A stretch of DNA of 64,000 nucleotides from an uncultured Clostridia bacterium. GTDB taxonomy: Bacteria > Bacillota > Clostridia > Oscillospirales > Acutalibacteraceae. Within the stretch, counting starts at the first letter, position 1. Each line of letters begins with the position of its first letter. Location: NCBI GenBank assembly GCA_937896885.1, contig CALBNX010000014.1:5061-69060 (forward strand), in the 5' to 3' direction. Made by a program: the position numbers and the translations under genes. The notes below the pieces were generated by a model. The model was not told the DNA's origin and made no database searches. It saw only the letters and a list, made by a program, of their open reading frames with translations. Of the stretch, positions 48,201-55,090 are shown piece after piece.

Positions 48201-48486
48201 AGAAATTAGTGATGAATATGTTTCATTCTGTATAAAAAATAATTATTCTGAAGCATGTAGTCGTGAGCAAGTGGAAGAATCAATTAGAAAAATTAATAAT
48301 ATTTATGTAAATAGAGAATACACAAAAGTAGATACCCACAAAGAAGGCGGAATGGGCCAAATAAAAGTTTTAGATATTTTATATAATATTTTAAATGTCG
48401 GGAATACTTTTGAGGCAGTATGTGATTCTGATAATTATGAAATAAAGTTTACTATTTCAAAAAAAGGAGTAATTGCCTGTGATTAA
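45268..48486 (+). CDS. dtcA: Detocs DtcA-like sensor: large helical-repeat N-terminal region plus a histidine-kinase-type GHKL ATPase
   Basis: RBS AAGGAAGGA. 1072 aa with no TM helix or signal peptide. The N-terminal ~650 aa are Tyr/Leu/Asn-rich and helical-repeat-like. Candidate phospho-His in LSTRVRHGTFEN (His codon 47416-47418). N-box ILLSNAIIHS and G-box HKEGGMGQIKV at the C-terminus. Confidence 0.7.
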   Translation: MASKEMKIHIDLLKRRGNFFTNIGLLISINNGDDYYNIIKKYFTDSNPINRKSFFHNNYNDVLEYTPTGQTANLLKMLLWSSTIISFYKEEIVNFVSIKKKFDYYVLTGDYENALKELDYIENNISFSMWSLKNRIMLANLRGDRVDEYINSLNLNKYATSHANLYAHFTKVECNVNEYIKNIEHITNTLPKDYVNCFLYLYGDVDDIEIENYSNVLAYCNAYSIIDSYLCIKRILHSYLSTEEFENKLIQKSIDILSCIENDDELLLFISHNIPKDMNMSSSCERLFADFSHKNYEKIFINRNNYLLDISACSLIKIIIITISGILSNKIDNNFSEKSILDSIILSLYRVLKSDNLYDFRIGLSKMESYNRVLRWFDISNPLGLFWKNCLSYIEENPIEKCFSIDDKILYNKIVDLQVPPIFFESLYHYTKMDFDYSDIKKDFTDNENNIFIISLLYIQYYVALGKKDYYFATDIFSKAIANFTPLIYRFRVDEVCKHVINNITIKESVTISDVIFSFNVNDLKPYKLIAYKNFLDENNIVKPLEIINLPIDKQLKIYFLKEICTIDTMTCLYVTFPNSNEIENHRIEICKFLLENDPSNKGSYGKEISEILKEQEVRKLNKTIDKSKLSIDYQYILDKTYEQFLDLTKMYYDTRPDAIEYVSFSSPMIISTEPQSWRFIALSRDIVLENMYKVYAAEFCFGSRGLDTYLSTRVRHGTFENTIKKVFIENNLYNTENNFFKSMFSKEHVSQKITEVIKDFREQLLNRIHVLTNTTFKVFIENEIKGALFDYYMDTKDVAIIYKQLNLKESFSVLDFINIISDTIVIKTNEYLAFIRDAVLENLKSEIIDLLDNLNADVEIYCLEASALSNIRNNISRSKTNIQNKIDDIKNWFYLSESIPMENYTIDKLIDVLNKNLCQQFDDFNLIDLKTNNSISKDFVGESFVYLYDILHILLSNAIIHSKFENLNELKIILETTEISDEYVSFCIKNNYSEACSREQVEESIRKINNIYVNREYTKVDTHKEGGMGQIKVLDILYNILNVGNTFEAVCDSDNYEIKFTISKKGVIACD

Positions 48487-48922
48487 TAAGATTTTAGTTG
48501 TAGAAGATGATGCATTAAAAGGTCGTCAAATAGTTAATTTCACAAAATCAATTAACAACAATATAATAATCACTCAAAAAGGTGCATTAAATTCTGGACT
48601 TATAGAGTTAACTAAAAATGAATATGATTTGGTTATTCTCGATATGAGTTTACCGACTTTTGACAACAATGAATCAGAACATTTCCAGCCTTATGGTGGA
48701 TTGTTGTTTTTAGATGAGGTGAAAAGAAAGAAATATAAAGTACCGGTTGTGATAGTGACTCAATATGCCTCTTTTGGAGAAGGAGAAGGCGAAACAACGC
48801 TTGAAGAAATTGATTTAAATTGTAAAAACAAATATCCAAATTTCAAAGAAATAATCTACTATTTAGATGATGATTGGCAAGAGAAGTTAAAGACATACAT
48901 TGTAGGTGAAAATGATGATTAG
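48473..48922 (+). CDS. dtcB: Detocs DtcB-like stand-alone receiver (REC) protein
   Basis: Overlaps the dtcA end. The likely start is GTG 48479, 9 nt after AAGGAG. REC motifs ILVVEDD, DLVILDMSLP and PVVIVTQ. No output domain. Confidence 0.75.
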   Translation: MPVINKILVVEDDALKGRQIVNFTKSINNNIIITQKGALNSGLIELTKNEYDLVILDMSLPTFDNNESEHFQPYGGLLFLDEVKRKKYKVPVVIVTQYASFGEGEGETTLEEIDLNCKNKYPNFKEIIYYLDDDWQEKLKTYIVGENDD

Positions 48923-50117
48923 AATTCTTTTTATTGATGATAATATTGAACGAACACAGGAAATTGCTAGTTGGTTAGATGAGTATCAAATAGAAAATGA
49001 TAGCGAATTCGCTGTAACAAAAGATGATGCATTAAGAAAACTAAGCTGTAACCAGTACGACTTGGTAATCGTTGATATTGTTCTACCCGAAAGTATGAAA
49101 ACACTAGGATTTTCAAAATCTGCAGGTTTGGATATTGTTAAAGAGATATGTTTTAGCAGAACCGTTATCCGTCCATTGTTTTTATTGGGTATAACTTCAA
49201 ATCAAGAAAGCTATGATGCTGTAAAAAACGAGTTTGACAGCAGTTTCATACCATTATCTATTTGGGAAATAGGTGATGATAATTGGAAAACAAAATTAAT
49301 TGCGAAAATTAAATATCTTTCAAAATTAACGAATGAGTATAAGCCTATTAATAAAAATAAAGTAGATGTAGCAATTATTACAGCTGTCGATGATGAGTAT
49401 CATGCACTTGACGCTTTGCCAGTATGTTGGAGAGATGTAATAATACCATGTGACCCTCTTATATATTCAAGAGGCATATTAACCAGTGGAAAGATTATTT
49501 TGAGAGTAAAACTGCCAGAAATGGGAATGAGTGCTGCTTCACATGTTACAACTAGAATTATAGAGTTGTTTGAACCTAAATCAGTCATAATGACTGGAAT
49601 TTGTGGTGGAAATAAAGGCGAAGTAGATTTGGGGGATGTTGTTGTAGCAGAGAGAACATGGGACTATGGTTCAGGGAAGATAAAAAAAGGAGAAGATGGG
49701 AAAATAACTTTTTCTGCCTTGCCAAACCAAATTGGTATTGATACGATATTGCGAAGTGATATTGAACGAAATTCAAAAATAATAAGCAAGATATGTGACG
49801 AATGGAATACGACGAAAAATGATGATAAAAGTTCTTCGATAAAAATAGGTGCTATAACAACAGGTTCTGCTGTTGTGGCAAATAGAGATATTATCGATGC
49901 AATTATTGAACCTCAATACAGAAAGGTATTGGGTATAGATATGGAAACATATGGCGTGTATTTTGCATGCGAAAAGACAGGGAGAAACATAAAATTTGTT
50001 TCAATTAAGGCAGTTTCTGATTTGGCTGATGTAGAAAAAGACGATTCGTATCACAATTTTTGTTCATATGTAAGTGCAAAATTTGCTTTTAAATTAGTTG
50101 AACTGGATATTTTATAA
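48906..50117 (+). CDS. dtcC: Detocs DtcC-like effector: receiver domain fused to a PNP_UDP_1 (nucleoside phosphorylase / MTA-nucleosidase-like) domain
   Basis: Overlaps the dtcB end. REC motifs ILFIDDN, DLVIVDIVLP and LGITSN. Phosphorylase-fold motifs VDVAIITAVDDEYHAL, MTGICGG, GDVVVAE, GIDMETYGV and IKAVSDLAD. Confidence 0.8.
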   Translation: MKMMIRILFIDDNIERTQEIASWLDEYQIENDSEFAVTKDDALRKLSCNQYDLVIVDIVLPESMKTLGFSKSAGLDIVKEICFSRTVIRPLFLLGITSNQESYDAVKNEFDSSFIPLSIWEIGDDNWKTKLIAKIKYLSKLTNEYKPINKNKVDVAIITAVDDEYHALDALPVCWRDVIIPCDPLIYSRGILTSGKIILRVKLPEMGMSAASHVTTRIIELFEPKSVIMTGICGGNKGEVDLGDVVVAERTWDYGSGKIKKGEDGKITFSALPNQIGIDTILRSDIERNSKIISKICDEWNTTKNDDKSSSIKIGAITTGSAVVANRDIIDAIIEPQYRKVLGIDMETYGVYFACEKTGRNIKFVSIKAVSDLADVEKDDSYHNFCSYVSAKFAFKLVELDIL

Positions 50118-50185
50118 TACATAACAAATTATAAGGTATTTAATAACTTAACTATAACATAGACTTTAATAAAATTTTATATCAA

Positions 50186-50236
50186 AACAAAAATCCGAAA
50201 CCGTTGCCAATTGGCAATAGTTTCGGATTTTTTGTT
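50186..50236. terminator. Bidirectional terminator between convergent operons
   Basis: Stem AAATCCGAAAC / GTTTCGGATTT with the inner palindrome TTGCCAATTGGCAA. A-run on the left and T-run on the right. Confidence 0.75.
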
Positions 50237-50375
50237 TTGGTTGGAGCATAGGACGATTCCATTTAATATCTTGATTATAAAGTAAGCATTCATCACAGCT
50301 TAACTAATCCCAATATTATTCACTTGTTTATCGTTTACTAATTCTCACAAAAAAGTCAAGAAATGCATAGTAATA

Positions 50376-51347
50376 TTAAAAGAAAATCATATGATTATCT
50401 TTTAATTGTTGCAATATAGACTCAATATCATCTCTTACTTTTCTTTCATATATAGATGTATTATTATCTATTTGTTTAAAGTTCAAATTATATAGTTGCT
50501 CTTTGTAATCTTCATTCAAGTCAAAATATCTATGTAGTACACAACTCTTAGCATTAAACATATCATCAATATGTGTGTTACCATCATCCACGCGATATAA
50601 CACAAATACATCAGTTATAGCTTTAACCTTCATACCATGGTTTACCGCAGAGTTAAACTCACTCACAGCATTAATCAATTGTGTTCCCTTTGATGTATTA
50701 CAATCAATTAGTACAGCACATCCTTTGCGGTGTTCAAAGAGTTCCCAAGAACCTTCTATATTCACCTTATAGCATTCTTTAGTAGAACTATCTATTGTTG
50801 TTGCTCTAGAATCATCGTTCTTATCTTTTACCACAACAAGTTTTGCACCGTATTTCATAGCCACAGATTGAGCTAATTCCACGTTACCACCTTTAGGTAC
50901 AACAATTACAGCAGGATTTGTTTTTCTTGTTTTATTTATTAAAGTAACCATTAATTCTGTCATTTCATTTAAATCGTCAGAATCTGTTGAAGCCTCCATT
51001 GTATCCACATAATATCTACTATTAATATCTTTGCTGTAATTAATATTAGTTGGGAAAGCCATTGTATATCGAGCGAGAAGTAATATTAATCTTTCAAAAG
51101 AATTCTCTGCCTTTTTCATTTTTGACCGTTTGGCTATATTTTTCATTGATTTGTTAATTTCTTTTGCCGTTTTATCAGTAAAACCCCAATCAAATAAAAC
51201 CTTCTCTATTAAATTTTCATCATGATTGCCGTAAATAAACTTTGAATACCATTTATTGTTTCTAGGAACATTTGCAAATGCTGCTATTATATCTCTTATT
51301 GAAAATATTCCTAAAACAACAAGAATTACCCATTCTGACCAATTCAT
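50376..51347 (-). CDS. Membrane-anchored phosphoribosyltransferase-fold (PRTase-like) protein
   Basis: N-terminal TM helix WSEWVILVVLGIFSI. Type I PRTase-like core AVIVVPKGGNVELAQSVAMKYGAKLVVV and a degenerate PRPP loop AVLIDCNTSKGTQL. Confidence 0.6.
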   Translation of the reverse strand: MNWSEWVILVVLGIFSIRDIIAAFANVPRNNKWYSKFIYGNHDENLIEKVLFDWGFTDKTAKEINKSMKNIAKRSKMKKAENSFERLILLLARYTMAFPTNINYSKDINSRYYVDTMEASTDSDDLNEMTELMVTLINKTRKTNPAVIVVPKGGNVELAQSVAMKYGAKLVVVKDKNDDSRATTIDSSTKECYKVNIEGSWELFEHRKGCAVLIDCNTSKGTQLINAVSEFNSAVNHGMKVKAITDVFVLYRVDDGNTHIDDMFNAKSCVLHRYFDLNEDYKEQLYNLNFKQIDNNTSIYERKVRDDIESILQQLKDNHMIFF

Positions 51348-51351
51348 ACAT

Positions 51352-52095
51352 TTATCCTTTCACATCGTTTTGCTTTAACAAATATTCCAACAAGTATTCA
51401 TCTGAATCAAACGAGTAACAACCGTTTTGTTTTATATAATCAGTTATTTCTTTAACTTTAGTATCTTCAACGTATTTCCACACCGAATCATTACACCAAT
51501 TTACAACTCTATCAACACATGTATATTTATTATCTATAAATTTTTTATAAAATTCATCTTCAGGATTGATGTATAAACCTCCTGTTAAAAAAAGTTTTAC
51601 AAAACTAGTATCATTGATTATCTCGCAGTATTCGTTCATACTAATAAACGGTAAAATAGGCTTCAGTACTACAGCTGTTTTTACTCCTGTGTCTTTCAAA
51701 TTTTTCAACAAATCAATTCTATATTTATAATCAGCAGTACCTGGTTCGATTTCATTTATACAACTTTTAGTTGTGAATCCGACACCTAATTTTACGAAAC
51801 CATTTCTAATTTTCGAGTTTAATTTTAATATATCATTTATTGAAGAATCCGCAATTTTGCCCTTACACGAAAAACTAAAAATTATTTTTTTGCTATCATT
51901 ATATTTTTTTAAGATTTTTTCACAAAAAGTCCAATCAATTTCAAAATCCGAATCACAAGTTGGATAAAAAGCAAGCACATCATCATCAAAAAATTCTTCA
52001 TTAATTTTCGGATATTTATAATTATCCCATTTTGAAAAACAATACATACAATTTTTCTCACATTTTTTATTAGAATGAATAAAAACTCGTTTCAT
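51352..52095 (-). CDS. Small radical SAM enzyme
   Basis: CX3CX2C cluster at the N-terminus (KKCEKNCMYCFSKW). 247 aa. Lies 4 nt upstream of the PRTase-like gene, so the two are probably co-transcribed. Confidence 0.65.
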   Translation of the reverse strand: MKRVFIHSNKKCEKNCMYCFSKWDNYKYPKINEEFFDDDVLAFYPTCDSDFEIDWTFCEKILKKYNDSKKIIFSFSCKGKIADSSINDILKLNSKIRNGFVKLGVGFTTKSCINEIEPGTADYKYRIDLLKNLKDTGVKTAVVLKPILPFISMNEYCEIINDTSFVKLFLTGGLYINPEDEFYKKFIDNKYTCVDRVVNWCNDSVWKYVEDTKVKEITDYIKQNGCYSFDSDEYLLEYLLKQNDVKG

Positions 52096-52311
52096 AATAA
52101 TCTCCAGTCAAAAATATTTATTTGCAGTTCAAAAAATAAAATACAAATGCGCCACATTAGCGTATCATATATGATATGGTTGTTTTAATAGTATTTTTAT
52201 CTTTCGATCACTTTTTTTATTATATTTTGTTTTTTATTATTATAGTATTTTTTAGTCAAATATTTTTAGTTAATAAAACTATTTTATACAAGTCAAGTGT
52301 CTAAATTTATA

Positions 52312-52338
52312 ATCGGAATGAAGTCATATTTTGTGACA
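52312..52338 (-). promoter_or_regulatory. ECF-sigma-type promoter motif, copy 7 (minus strand)
   Basis: The plus strand reads ATCG(52312-52315)-N17-GTGACA(52333-52338). The reverse complement is TGTCACAAAATATGACTTCATTCCGATTATAAAT. It points at the radical SAM gene. Confidence 0.5.
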
Positions 52339-52815
52339 TTTTTTTGTATTTTACTAAAGTATATTCAATAACAAATATATGCTAATACTGATTTATGTGT
52401 TATAACACAAGTATTAGATATGAAACATTACCATACGATGAAACAATAACATTAGAACATCTTACACAATTTTTCCATTTTTAAAAGCCGAATATAAAAA
52501 ATTATAGGAATTGTTTCTATTTATGAGGATGTTGAAAAATGGTTACGATAAAAAGAATTCTTTAGAATTCGAATTAAACTTATTGAAATATATATGGAAA
52601 CTGACGCCTTATCATCTGTACCCGACTTTTTCTTTATACGTTTCTGTGTGTTCGCATAAAAGGGATTAAACATCTGAAATGATTGTGTATATGATAATGG
52701 GTATCGTTCGAAATACGAACCAAAATATGCTTTTAAAAATTACATTGCTGAGCTTGTCAATGATTGAAACTAGTTATCCACATACTATCAGAACTTATTT
52801 GATTAATTCTAGCGA

Positions 52816-52871
52816 TTAGACCGCTTATGGACCACTTGAGGTGAAAACTCGATGGAAATATTAGAATTATT
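52816..52871 (+). repeat. 56 bp direct repeat, copy 1
   Basis: TTAGACCGCTTATGGACCACTTGAGGTGAAAACTCGATGGAAATATTAGAATTATT has 3 mismatches against 54907-54962. Contains an SD (GAGGTGA) plus ATG. Confidence 0.8.
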
Positions 52872-52957
52872 AAAATGGTATGAACTTAAACCCTGTCTTT
52901 TTAATGGAATAGTGGACACTACATAGAAAACATATTACTCAAATGTTCTTTTTTATA

Positions 52958-54580
52958 TTATTCCTGAACTTTAACCTGAAACTTTTTAGTATAGACATTT
53001 GGAGAATGCTTCGAACGAATCTCATATCTAATATATTGTGGTACAGATTCAAAGAATAAGTATGCAGGGAAATGCATCGAGGTGTGTTGTTTTAAATAAG
53101 GCACATTAAAACACAAAATATCTTCTTTGTCTGTATCACGAATTCCATAACAGAAGACATCATTAAGTGAATCACAATATTTTTGTTTGCACTCTTCAAG
53201 TTCGTCTTCTCTACTTTTAAAAGGAAGGTTAATAAGACCAGGTATGTATGGTTGAACAGGATAATTTGAATATGCTTCCACGTCAGCAGTAGAATGTCCT
53301 GCGAATAAATATTCTACTGCATCTGCGTCTACGATTTCCTCTATGAAATGTATCCCTGGGATAGGTAAATTTTCTATGTTTACTAAATGACCCTTATCAA
53401 TAAAAATTTTTACATCAATATCTTCGTCAAATGTAGTACCCATATTGCTGATAACAAGCGATGTATTATACAAAGAGGATAGTTTAAGAAAATACTCCTC
53501 AGCATCGTTGTAATCCTCGACCTTTTTTATAAGTTCTTTTAAGTGATTATGCTTTTCTTTTTCGCTATCTGAACCTATGTATTCAGTCGTTGTTGTATTC
53601 ATGATATTAAATACTGGAGTTGAGGTTTCAAAATGTAGATTTCCCAAACTCCAAAACTCATTTGAAAGCGTTATTCCTTTTTTTGCACAAAAAGTTTCAA
53701 CTAACTCAATGTACCCTGAGTACAATTCAACTTTTTTGCATACGGGTGGTTCCTGCCCCAACATCGTATGATAATCTGCTTTACTAATTGAACCATTGGC
53801 TAATCCTTTCATTATTTCCCCTACGGTCATATGTTCCTTTTGCTCATCAGTAAGTTTGGGAGTGTTTATTTCTTCCGGTGTTTCTGAAGGAACTATATCA
53901 AAACCATTAATAACTGTTATCAAGTCTCGTATAGCATTTTCTTTGTTTACAAGAACCTTGATATTTTTATATCTATCATTACTTAAAAAGATAGTGTCAG
54001 ATTTATCACATTCTGCTGTGATTAATAGGTTTGGTATGAAGGTAGGTGATACTTCAGAAATGGTAGATGATACTGTCTTGAGAAAATACATAGTAATTGC
54101 ATTTTGAAATTCTTTTCGCAGCTGTTCATCGCTTTTTATAACAGAGTATATGCCTTTATCAGCATACTTGTCTTTGAAACTCTTAACTTTTGCTAATTGC
54201 TCCAGATCAATCGTGCTATGATCTACTTGCCTTTCTATAAAATACAGAAAAACTTGTTTGCCTTGAGAAAGCATAATTTCGATTTCTTCTTCAGTGCCAG
54301 AATCGTAATGATCGGTCGGGGTGCCAAATCTTGTTCCGAGCAAAGCAACACACAAATCACAATTATTAACAAACTGTTCATTGAGTAATTTTTGAGGTTT
54401 TCCGCCAGATTGTGGAAAACTATCCGTCGACCAATGTTTAAGGTCAACACGAATATTGTTTATTGTTCCAAGAGTGTTGTTAAATATTGTGGTACACTCT
54501 TCTATAACTCCTTTCAAGTCAAGCACATCGCCTGGGCATGACAGTAATAAATCATAAACTGTAACATTTGGACGTGGCAT
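52958..54580 (-). CDS. DUF4062-like (TIR / nucleoside-deoxyribosyltransferase-like Rossmannoid) N-terminal domain protein with an uncharacterised ~380 aa C-terminal region
   Basis: The N-terminal pattern VYDLLLSCPGD...SFPQSGGKPQKLLNEQFVNNCDLCVALLGTRFGT....SGTEEEIEIMLSQGKQVFLYF matches the DUF4062 consensus (S...FP.S...P......I..CD..I.I.G.RYG....S.TE.E...A...GKP.L.F). Confidence 0.55.
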   Translation of the reverse strand: MPRPNVTVYDLLLSCPGDVLDLKGVIEECTTIFNNTLGTINNIRVDLKHWSTDSFPQSGGKPQKLLNEQFVNNCDLCVALLGTRFGTPTDHYDSGTEEEIEIMLSQGKQVFLYFIERQVDHSTIDLEQLAKVKSFKDKYADKGIYSVIKSDEQLRKEFQNAITMYFLKTVSSTISEVSPTFIPNLLITAECDKSDTIFLSNDRYKNIKVLVNKENAIRDLITVINGFDIVPSETPEEINTPKLTDEQKEHMTVGEIMKGLANGSISKADYHTMLGQEPPVCKKVELYSGYIELVETFCAKKGITLSNEFWSLGNLHFETSTPVFNIMNTTTTEYIGSDSEKEKHNHLKELIKKVEDYNDAEEYFLKLSSLYNTSLVISNMGTTFDEDIDVKIFIDKGHLVNIENLPIPGIHFIEEIVDADAVEYLFAGHSTADVEAYSNYPVQPYIPGLINLPFKSREDELEECKQKYCDSLNDVFCYGIRDTDKEDILCFNVPYLKQHTSMHFPAYLFFESVPQYIRYEIRSKHSPNVYTKKFQVKVQE

Positions 54581-54832
54581 ATATTATCTCCTTTATTATT
54601 AATCTTATATAAAACTATGTCGTCTATTTGTAGGTTGAGCTTTTCACAAACACGCAGAATAATGTCACTTTCAACTGATTTGTTCTGCGTTATATTTAGC
54701 TTTTATCAAAACATTCTCTACACATATAGCCATTTTTTGGAGAACGACAATTATTTTGACAATTACTGTTTATTAATATTTTGTTATATTTTCTAAAGTA
54801 TATTTCATATAAAACATACCTATTTAATATAA

Positions 54833-54859
54833 ATCGTTTTTTGAAATAGAAATGTGACA
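54833..54859 (-). promoter_or_regulatory. ECF-sigma-type promoter motif, copy 8 (minus strand)
   Basis: The plus strand reads ATCG(54833-54836)-N17-GTGACA(54854-54859). The reverse complement is TGTCACATTTCTATTTCAAAAAACGATTTATATT. It points at the 540 aa gene. Confidence 0.5.
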
Positions 54860-54906
54860 AAAAATATAATAAATTTAGTTTTTTTACAAAAAACTTAGAT
54901 TCTATT

Positions 54907-54962
54907 TTAGACCACTTATGGACCACTTGAGGTGAAAACGCGATGTAAATATTAGAATTATT
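54907..54962 (+). repeat. 56 bp direct repeat, copy 2
   Basis: TTAGACCACTTATGGACCACTTGAGGTGAAAACGCGATGTAAATATTAGAATTATT. The ATG is followed directly by TAA, so this is a decayed copy. Confidence 0.8.
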
Positions 54963-55039
54963 TGAAAAATGTGCTTGAAATATTGGGATTATTAGAGTAA
55001 AATTAACTCAAAACCTATCTTTTAAGGTTATCGTCGACG

Positions 55040-55084
55040 CTACGAACCAAAAGGTCGGGGGTTCGAATCCCTTCCGGCGTGCCA
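55040..55084 (+). pseudogene. 3' half of a tRNA-Arg(ACG)-like gene (att scar)
   Basis: Parses as anticodon loop CTACGAA, 3' anticodon stem CCAAA, variable loop AGGTC, T-arm GGGGG-TTCGAAT-CCCTT, acceptor CCGGCGT, discriminator G and CCA. No matching 5' half exists upstream: no D-arm and no complementary acceptor or anticodon strands. Confidence 0.6.
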
Positions 55085-55090
55085 TTAAAA

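Noticed and set aside
52096-52957. The 860 bp AT-rich gap upstream of the radical SAM gene as a hidden gene or retron-like ncRNA.
   Set aside because: It holds only short decayed frames, one promoter motif, and a local palindrome (TGTGTTATAACACA, flanked by AATACT/AGTATT, near 52384-52418). I could not support a specific RNA family or CDS from sequence alone.
55040-55084. Reading the tRNA-like 3' end as the end of a tmRNA, or as a complete class II tRNA.
   Set aside because: The acceptor 3' strand CCGGCGT-G-CCA does not fit the tmRNA end (..CTCCACCA). No tag-peptide or pseudoknot region is visible. No 5' acceptor or D-arm can be paired within 100 nt upstream.
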